Part shown: piece by piece, positions 57,447-64,000 of the stretch
How positions within the stretch are numbered: position 1 is the stretch's first letter
How the letters are laid out: every line of letters starts with the position of its first letter
NCBI GenBank assembly: GCA_963663385.2
Contig: CAXXXD010000001.1
Span: forward strand, 288,001 to 352,000
From: Oceanispirochaeta sp.
Lineage (GTDB): Bacteria > Spirochaetota > Spirochaetia > DSM-2461
Direction of reading: 5' to 3'
DNA length: 64,000 nucleotides
The notes under the pieces: generated by a model
Told to the model about the DNA's origin: nothing
The model's database searches: none
Seen by the model: only the letters and a program-made list of their open reading frames with translations
Translations under genes and position numbers: made by a program

Positions 57447-57702
57447 GATTGTATGGGCCGGCAGCGCCTGGGAGGATTACCTCTACTGGCAGAAAAAAGA
57501 TAAAAAAATATTGGCAAAGATAAACAGTTTAATCAAAGAAACAGCTCGAGAAATCAGCACGCCTAAAGGAACAGGAAAGGCCGAAATCCTGAAAAACTGG
57601 CCGGAATACCGTTCCAAAAGAATCACTCATGAACATCGGCTCGTTTATAAACTGACAGAAACCGATCTCCTTATTGCCAAATGCAGAGAACATTACATAT
57701 AA
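57436..57702 (+). CDS. yoeB: Txe/YoeB family ribosome-dependent mRNase toxin
   Basis: AWEDYLYWQ, KINSLIKE, GTGKAEIL, SKRITHEHRLVY and CREHY; TTG start overlapping the antitoxin. Confidence 0.93.
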   Translation: MNRRIVWAGSAWEDYLYWQKKDKKILAKINSLIKETAREISTPKGTGKAEILKNWPEYRSKRITHEHRLVYKLTETDLLIAKCREHYI

Positions 57703-57803
57703 TAACCCGATAATAATTAAAACAGTTTTTTTGTTTCAGTCTCGACGTTGTGACTTTCATATAAATTTTTTCATATAAATTTATAGAAAAAGCGGAAAGC
57801 ACA

Positions 57804-58784
57804 CTACGCGCTTTTCGAAAACCCCTTGATAATCCGGGTCAGATAGAGCTGAAAAGCAATAACCTGCAGCTCTTTTTTAAGCTCCCTCAGACTCCTGTCC
57901 AGAGCTTCCCCGTGCTGCTGGACCAGTTCCAGTTCCTCCAGGGTATACTTCCTGAGCCCTTCGCTGGTAATCCTCTGATTTTTCTTACCCCGTACATCAT
58001 AGGTCTGAAAGGCGGTCTGCAGGGTTTCCCCTTCGGAAACAGCCGTTTTAACACGCAGCAGACGGCGGACCTGTCTGAGGAACCCGCTGATCAGATAGAC
58101 CGGATCAACCTCCCCGGAAAGGGTGATTTTGGAAAAAACCTCCAGAGACGAGTTCAGGTCCTTCAGCAGGATCTTTTCGAAGAGAGTAAAAACATTCTCG
58201 TCCTTGCTGTGGTAGACAAAGTTGTCGATATCCTCTTCGGTGATAACATCGCCGATATTGAAGTAAAAGGAGAGCCTGCCGCAGGCCACCTTGAGATCAT
58301 TCGTGTTGTTCTCGACCATCTCCAGCAGCATATCCACCGCATCGGGCTGAATCTTCATCCCCTGATCGGAAAAGAACTTGAATATCCAGCTTTTTTTCTG
58401 ATTGTCAAACATCTCCCAGAAGATCTTTTTCTGGGCAGCCGGCACTATTTTATCAACCCGTTTATCGATTGAAACCGAATCGCTTACCAGTATAAGGGTG
58501 ACATCCTCGGGCATCTTTTTGCAGAACTGATTCAGCTGTTTGATCTCCTGGACCTTTTTCAGTTCTTCCACATTGTTTATCACCGCGATTTTATGGGACG
58601 AAAAGAGCGACCCGTTTCGGAGAATGGAAATAACCTGGCTCATTTCGGAATCAAAGGGATAGAATTTGTGGGATTCCGGTTCTTCTCCCAGCTTTTTTTT
58701 CAGAGACTGGCGGATATTTTTTATAAACTGATCTTTCTGACCCTTCTCGGGCCCCAGCAGGAGAAAAAGTTGTTTATCAGCCAT
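57804..58784 (-). CDS. holA: DNA polymerase III subunit delta
   Basis: FLLLGPEKG, LRNGSLFSSHK, ITEEDI and ENVFTLF. Confidence 0.88.
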   Translation of the reverse strand: MADKQLFLLLGPEKGQKDQFIKNIRQSLKKKLGEEPESHKFYPFDSEMSQVISILRNGSLFSSHKIAVINNVEELKKVQEIKQLNQFCKKMPEDVTLILVSDSVSIDKRVDKIVPAAQKKIFWEMFDNQKKSWIFKFFSDQGMKIQPDAVDMLLEMVENNTNDLKVACGRLSFYFNIGDVITEEDIDNFVYHSKDENVFTLFEKILLKDLNSSLEVFSKITLSGEVDPVYLISGFLRQVRRLLRVKTAVSEGETLQTAFQTYDVRGKKNQRITSEGLRKYTLEELELVQQHGEALDRSLRELKKELQVIAFQLYLTRIIKGFSKSA

Positions 58785-59379
58785 ATTGCCTGATGATTGT
58801 TATTAGTTTTCCCAGAATTCTGGCATCCTGAGTGAATATGGAAGGGTACGCGCTGTTTTCCGCCTGCAGACGTATCCTGTTTTTTTCCTTGAAGAAGCGT
58901 TTAAGTGTTACAGCATCATCCACCATAGCAACCACAATCTCCCCGTTTTCTGCAACCGGCTGCTGAACAAAAACAGCCAGGTCCCCGTCAAAAATACCGG
59001 CACCGATCATACTCTCCCCTTCTACCCTCAGAGCAAAGAGGTTTCCTTTCCGCAGGACATCCATAGGAAGGGAGACAGCACCGTCGTAGTTCTCTTCCGC
59101 AAACAGAGGAAGACCTGCCGCAACATTACCCAGAATAGGGATTTTACGGGTTTCATCCGCAACATCCTCATCCGGAACAAGGGTTATGGCTCTGGATTTG
59201 TTATGACTGATGGCAATAACCTGTTTTTTTTCCAGCGCCTTTACGTGATCGTAAGCGCCTTTAACGGAAATTCCGAAATAGCGGCCAATCTCCCGTATAG
59301 CCGGAGGATACTGATTATCCTGAATATAATCACGGATAAACTGGAGAATTTCATTCTGCCTTTTTGTCAGGGTCTTCAT
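58777..59379 (-). CDS. lexA: SOS repressor LexA
   Basis: LTKRQNEIL, YPPAIREI, VAAG cleavage site, GESM (Ser) and TLKRF (Lys). Confidence 0.95.
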   Translation of the reverse strand: MKTLTKRQNEILQFIRDYIQDNQYPPAIREIGRYFGISVKGAYDHVKALEKKQVIAISHNKSRAITLVPDEDVADETRKIPILGNVAAGLPLFAEENYDGAVSLPMDVLRKGNLFALRVEGESMIGAGIFDGDLAVFVQQPVAENGEIVVAMVDDAVTLKRFFKEKNRIRLQAENSAYPSIFTQDARILGKLITIIRQYG

Positions 59380-60737
59380 TTCTTGATTTCCAATCCGAAC
59401 TTTTTTATCTTGCTATGCAGGTTACTGGGATAGATGCCTAGGTCCTGAGCAGTCCGGGCTATATTATACCCGTTTGACTCAAGCCGATCCTTCAGAATCT
59501 CCCTTTCAAACAGTTCTTTTCCTTCGTTCAATTTCATCTTTCCGAATTTTTCCAGCAGAGGAGACTTCCGGACGACTTTCTTCTCGCCCAGGTACTTCTG
59601 AACCGTCTCAAGAGAGATTTCCTCTCCATCTGACATAATATTAATTCTTTCAATGAAATTTTTCAATTCCCTGATGTTCCCGGGCCAGCTGTAATTCAGC
59701 ATTTCTTCCAGTCCTTCGGGAGAGATATTCTTAACCGGTCCATCCTTTGGCTTAAAATGGGACATGAAGTACTCGACCAGCAGAGGGATATCCCCGATTC
59801 TTTCCTTCAGGGACGGGACATTGATAGGAACGACATTCAGACGGAAATAGAGGTCCTCCCTGAACCTTCCGGCTTCAATCTCCCGTAAAATATCCTTATT
59901 GGTAGCCGTAACAATACGGACATCCACCGTAATGGATTCGATGCCGCCAATCCGGTCAAATGTCAGCTCCTGAATGGCACGCAGGACCTTGGCCTGGGCG
60001 GCCAGCGACATATCCGCCACCTCATCCAGAAACAGGGTTCCTCCGTCTGCCAGTTCAAACTTACCCTTTTTTGCTCCAACCGCGCCTGTAAAAGCGCCCT
60101 TCTCATGGCCGAACAACTCGCTCTCTATCAGATTTTCCGGTATGGCAGCACAATTGATCTCTACAAAGGGACCGTTGCGTCTGCTGCTGTTGTTATGGAT
60201 GGCACGGGCCACCAGCTCCTTCCCTGTTCCGTTTTCTCCCAGAATAAGAACTCTGGCATCTGAAGAGGCGCTCTGGTTGATTATATCCCGAATCCTGCGG
60301 ATTCCCGCGCTCTCCCCGATCATCCTGTCTTCTACAACAGCGCTGTTTTTAAGAGATCGGTTTTCCTTCCGCAATTTCTCCAGCTCCAGGGCATTGCGGG
60401 TCAGGGTAAGAACTTTAGTTATATCCAGAGGCTTTTCCAGAAAGTCAAAAGCTCCGATTTTAATGGCTTTAACAGCCAGATCGACATTGGCGTGGCCGGA
60501 GATAAGAATAACCGAAACAACCGGGTAATCCTCTTTAATATGCTTAAGAACATCCACACCGCCCATGTGAGGCAGCCAGACATCCAGGAAAACCAGGTCC
60601 ACCACTTCGGTCTTCATTAGATGAAGTCCTTCGATCCCGTCTTTAGCTTCCAGAACTTCATAGCCTTCATCCTCCAGAATATCCTTCAGGACTTCCCGGA
60701 TAGAGGCTTCATCATCAATTATCAGAATTCGTTCCAT
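59376..60737 (-). CDS. Sigma54-dependent response regulator (NtrX-like)
   Basis: LDVWLP, ISGHAN, GENGTGKE, GAFTGA and WPGNIREL. Confidence 0.93.
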   Translation of the reverse strand: MERILIIDDEASIREVLKDILEDEGYEVLEAKDGIEGLHLMKTEVVDLVFLDVWLPHMGGVDVLKHIKEDYPVVSVILISGHANVDLAVKAIKIGAFDFLEKPLDITKVLTLTRNALELEKLRKENRSLKNSAVVEDRMIGESAGIRRIRDIINQSASSDARVLILGENGTGKELVARAIHNNSSRRNGPFVEINCAAIPENLIESELFGHEKGAFTGAVGAKKGKFELADGGTLFLDEVADMSLAAQAKVLRAIQELTFDRIGGIESITVDVRIVTATNKDILREIEAGRFREDLYFRLNVVPINVPSLKERIGDIPLLVEYFMSHFKPKDGPVKNISPEGLEEMLNYSWPGNIRELKNFIERINIMSDGEEISLETVQKYLGEKKVVRKSPLLEKFGKMKLNEGKELFEREILKDRLESNGYNIARTAQDLGIYPSNLHSKIKKFGLEIKK

Positions 60738-62538
60738 TTAGTTCCTCAAAAGGCAGATCAATAAAAAAAGTGGTACCCTCTCCGACAGAAGACTCTACCC
60801 AGATTCTTCCCTTATGGTCAAAGACTATCCGTTCTACAATAGAAAGCCCCAGTCCGGTACCTTTTTCCCGGGTTGTATAGTAGGGATTGAAGATCTTTTC
60901 CTGATCCTCCTGAGCTATCCCCGGACCCGAGTCGCTTACCTGTATTCTACAGTAAACGGAATACCCCTTCTTCACAAGATCCGTACGGATGATTATTACT
61001 CCGTTTCCATCCATCGCCAGTACCGCGTTGGTTATCAGATTGTTGAATACCTGATGAAACTGGGCCTTGTCAAAACGGACCATCAGATCCGGCGGAACGG
61101 ATTCTGTCATAATGGAAAGATGGGGGTAGGAAACTTCATAGACTTCTGTCAGTTCCCTGAGGAATTCCAGAAAATTCCGTGATTCAAGAGCCGGCGGCCG
61201 CTGTCTGGCAAATTCCCTGAATTCAATCAGCAGGCTATTCAGGTTATCCACTTCCAGCAGAATCCGGTTCATGGATTTTTTAATCATTTCCCGGGGGAGT
61301 TCCTCTTCATCAACCTTTGTGAGGATACGCTGGGAATAAAGACGGATGGGGGTCAGGGGATTTCGGATTTCATGCGCGAGCCTCTGGGCAATCTCCTGCC
61401 ACGCCGAGACTTTTTCAGTCTGCAGGATTTCCCGTCTTGTAACATCAAGCTCTTTCATCATTGTATTAAAAGAGTCCGATAAAAAAGCAAAATCATCGTT
61501 ATCCCTTGTAAGAAAGCGGAAAGAGTAATCTCCCTCAATAACCCTCCGGGTTGCTTCTTCCAGACGGATAAAGGGTTTGATGAACCTCTGGCTGATTATA
61601 AGGGCAATAATAAAACCGAGAAAAAGCATAGGCCCCAGAAAGATGGAGTAGAACATAAACAGTCCAACCTTAAAGAGCCTTCTATAAGATGTGTACTGAC
61701 GGAATTTTTCTATCATCTGTGTCAGATTTCTGGCGTTTCTATCAAATGCTCTGGGGATAATCCGATAGATAACGACCCGGTAGGGCCTCCCCCGCAGCTG
61801 TATTTCTTTTAAATACCCGAGGATACTGAAATCCAACCCCGTTCTTTTGGGAATCAATCCCGGAGAAAGAGCAAGGAGATCTTTTCTGGAATAACTCAGC
61901 CGGGGATCTCCAAACAGAAGCACCTCCTCACCCGAGACAATCTGAATGCCGTCAATCCGGGGGTACTGTATTTTCAGTTCTTCCCAGACGGATTCCGGAT
62001 CTTTACCAATCCTGGACAGGGTAAGAGCAAAATAGGGACTACCCCCTATATCTTCCAGCTGCTTGTTCAGATCGAAATAATACTCCAGTGCGATATCCAG
62101 CCCGCTGTTCAGAGCAATTCCCACATCATCACCAAACCATTTATCAAAAACCATGTCGATAAAACGCAGGGAAAGCAGTGTCTGGGGGAGAGAAACAAGG
62201 ATTACAATTAATAGAATAATTATAATTATTTTAAAACGGAATCGATAGCTGCTGTGACGATCCTTCATTCTCATCCGGAGAAAATAGATACTATAGCCGA
62301 CAGCAATGAGAATCATAATCGGGATAATCATAAACAGAGCCATCAGGGTTCTGTTGTCACCCACACTTTCAGGATCCATTCCGCTGAGTATGCTGTTGGA
62401 AAACAGCAGCGTCAGAATGATAATAATCAGATAAAGGAGAACAACTGTTATAATACTGCCCTGGAGTATTTCCCGGATTCTGGTTTTATTCACGTTTGCT
62501 TCCGTTATGGAGTTCAATCCATTCAAACCTTTTAACAT
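60715..62538 (-). CDS. Sensor histidine kinase (NtrY-like)
   Basis: Multiple TM segments, HAMP, SAWQEIAQRLAHEIRNPLTP, DSGPGI and GTGLGL. Start uncertain. Confidence 0.9.
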   Translation of the reverse strand: MLKGLNGLNSITEANVNKTRIREILQGSIITVVLLYLIIIILTLLFSNSILSGMDPESVGDNRTLMALFMIIPIMILIAVGYSIYFLRMRMKDRHSSYRFRFKIIIIILLIVILVSLPQTLLSLRFIDMVFDKWFGDDVGIALNSGLDIALEYYFDLNKQLEDIGGSPYFALTLSRIGKDPESVWEELKIQYPRIDGIQIVSGEEVLLFGDPRLSYSRKDLLALSPGLIPKRTGLDFSILGYLKEIQLRGRPYRVVIYRIIPRAFDRNARNLTQMIEKFRQYTSYRRLFKVGLFMFYSIFLGPMLFLGFIIALIISQRFIKPFIRLEEATRRVIEGDYSFRFLTRDNDDFAFLSDSFNTMMKELDVTRREILQTEKVSAWQEIAQRLAHEIRNPLTPIRLYSQRILTKVDEEELPREMIKKSMNRILLEVDNLNSLLIEFREFARQRPPALESRNFLEFLRELTEVYEVSYPHLSIMTESVPPDLMVRFDKAQFHQVFNNLITNAVLAMDGNGVIIIRTDLVKKGYSVYCRIQVSDSGPGIAQEDQEKIFNPYYTTREKGTGLGLSIVERIVFDHKGRIWVESSVGEGTTFFIDLPFEELNGTNSDN

Positions 62539-63067
62539 AACGACCGGGAATAAGGTACAGGATGTTAAGAGGAGCTATGAACTTTTTATACACCACTTCC
62601 ATCCGGTAGTGTATTTCTACAGACACATCGCCCGAAACAAGTTTATCAAGAGGAGCATTTTCCATGGTGGAAAAACTCCTATAGAAATTACTCCATTCCC
62701 GGTAGACACCAGCTTCCCGTCCGTTAAGCAGCAGAATGAAATCTCTGGTAATCAAGTCCTGATAACCGGTTTTGGTAATATTAATCTCCCGGGTCTGGGG
62801 CAGTTCCAGATTCCGGTCGAAATGACGAACCTTAATCCGGAATTTCAGATTAATTTCAGACTTGTTACCCTGGGTAATATTGCTTCTTAGCAGGGATTCG
62901 TTTAAGGATGAGTGTTGGATGGTTACAAATAACTGTCCATTCTGATCAACAAAAGACGAACTGTAATCTCCTGCGTCATCAGAATAGGCATGAATAACAA
63001 AAAAAAACAGGAGAAAGGAGAACACTAATCCTGTACAGGAACAACTACTCCTCAAATCTGCTTTCAA
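62486..63067 (-). CDS. Exported hypothetical protein (possibly DUF4390-like, which often precedes ntrY)
   Basis: Signal-peptide-like N-terminus; overlaps both neighbours in the same operon. Confidence 0.55.
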   Translation of the reverse strand: MKADLRSSCSCTGLVFSFLLFFFVIHAYSDDAGDYSSSFVDQNGQLFVTIQHSSLNESLLRSNITQGNKSEINLKFRIKVRHFDRNLELPQTREINITKTGYQDLITRDFILLLNGREAGVYREWSNFYRSFSTMENAPLDKLVSGDVSVEIHYRMEVVYKKFIAPLNILYLIPGRYVKRFEWIELHNGSKRE

Positions 63068-63308
63068 ACAGTTCGATCAGGGCATTTACAGCATCCGTTT
63101 CATCCGGACCTTCAGCTGTAATAACCAGATCTGTTCCATAGGCGGCACCCATTGTAAGAAGTCCCATAATGGATTTGGCATTAATCTGTTCTGAATCTTT
63201 TTCAATAAAAATACTGGATTCAAACTGCCCGGCAGCCTGTACAATTAATGCAGCGGGCCTTGCATGCAACCCGGCCCTGTTTTGAACTTTTGTATCTTTT
63301 CGGATCAT
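63045..63308 (-). CDS. ptsH: Phosphocarrier protein HPr
   Basis: GLHARPA (His15) and NAKSIMGLL (Ser46). Confidence 0.96.
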   Translation of the reverse strand: MIRKDTKVQNRAGLHARPAALIVQAAGQFESSIFIEKDSEQINAKSIMGLLTMGAAYGTDLVITAEGPDETDAVNALIELFESRFEE

Positions 63309-63311
63309 ATT

Positions 63312-64000
63312 TTATTCCTGTTTATTTGTATAATTATCCTGATACATATTTCTGGCGTTTTCACTTTCCAGCCACTGTATCAGGTTTTTATTAAATTCTT
63401 TGGCCGAAAAATGCCCTTTCTTCTTTAAGCGTTCATTCAAAGCGGCCGTTTCGATTATTATAGGAATATTCCGTCCCGGTTTCACGGGTATATTGAAAGT
63501 CGGAATTTTCACACCTAAAATATCTGTCGTTTCATCTGCCGTTCCCAATCTGTCATAGTTTTTGTTAACATCCCACTCTTCCAGATTGATTACCAGCTGA
63601 ACCTGTTTTTTATCCCGGATTCCCCTTACACCGAATATCTGGGAAATATTGATTATTCCCAGTCCGCGGATTTCCATATGATGCCCCAGGATGCGGCTGT
63701 CGCTGAAACCCATTATTATTTTACCACTGAAACACTTCATCAGTACAGAATCATCTGCCACAAGCCTGTGACCCCTCTCAATCAGTTCCAGGGCTGTTTC
63801 GCTCTTTCCGACGCCGCTCTCACCCTTAATAAGAACCCCAATACCATATACCTCTACCAGAACGCCGTGAACGGATTTCTGCGGGGCGAATATATCTCCC
63901 AGAGTACGAATAATCCTTATGGAAAATTCGTAGGACTGAAGGGACGTTTGAAGAATGGGGACCCTGGCAGCCTCCGCTTTTTCCAGAAACCAGTCAGAGG
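63312..64000 (-). CDS. hprK: HPr(Ser) kinase/phosphorylase, 5' part beyond the right edge of the window
   Basis: The frame stays open to the window edge: HGVLVEVYGIGVLIKGESGVGKSETALELIERGHRLVADD, MEIRGLGII and PVKPGRN. Confidence 0.95.
   Translation of the reverse strand, partial: SDWFLEKAEAARVPILQTSLQSYEFSIRIIRTLGDIFAPQKSVHGVLVEVYGIGVLIKGESGVGKSETALELIERGHRLVADDSVLMKCFSGKIIMGFSDSRILGHHMEIRGLGIINISQIFGVRGIRDKKQVQLVINLEEWDVNKNYDRLGTADETTDILGVKIPTFNIPVKPGRNIPIIIETAALNERLKKKGHFSAKEFNKNLIQWLESENARNMYQDNYTNKQE

Noticed and set aside
57755..57782. 14-bp tandem duplication TTTCATATAAATTT at the island's right edge
   Set aside because: Low-complexity AT sequence with no partner at the left edge, so it is not a target-site duplication.

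Overview
This is bacterial chromosomal DNA, most likely from a free-living spirochaete (inferred from the hprK-ptsH...lexA-holA gene order and several spirochaete-type hypothetical proteins). Positions 1-41.7 kb and 57.8-64 kb hold housekeeping, transport and signalling genes. These include avtA, a PAS-GGDEF-EAL protein, a MerR-controlled AKR/ADH pair, a sigma54 SBP-HK-RR module, cidA/lrgB-like genes, an ECF transporter with a DUF62 SAM hydrolase, a MarR gene with a heterodimeric ABC exporter, nifS-nifU, aspS, serA, rlmE, holA, lexA, an NtrY/NtrX-like pair, ptsH and hprK. An AT-richer ~16 kb defence island lies between rlmE and holA. It carries a RhuM-family gene, a decayed copy of the rlmE 3' end, an HTH-WYL regulator with a palindromic site directly in front of cas3, and a complete type I-C cas operon (cas3-5c-8c-7-4-1-2 with an internal cas11 start). 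It also carries a 72-repeat/71-spacer array and a yefM-yoeB module. The most unusual signals read from the sequence are: (1) the WYL site and promoter before cas3; (2) a sense-oriented intrinsic terminator captured as spacer 16, whose 3' arm is complementary to the first 14 nt of spacer 57; (3) an unannotated 52-aa acidic ORF under a sigma54 promoter with an upstream enhancer-like palindrome; and (4) several apparently degenerate proteins (GH13-like, DtxR-like, Rex-like). All counts and alignments were done by eye and no database searches were run.
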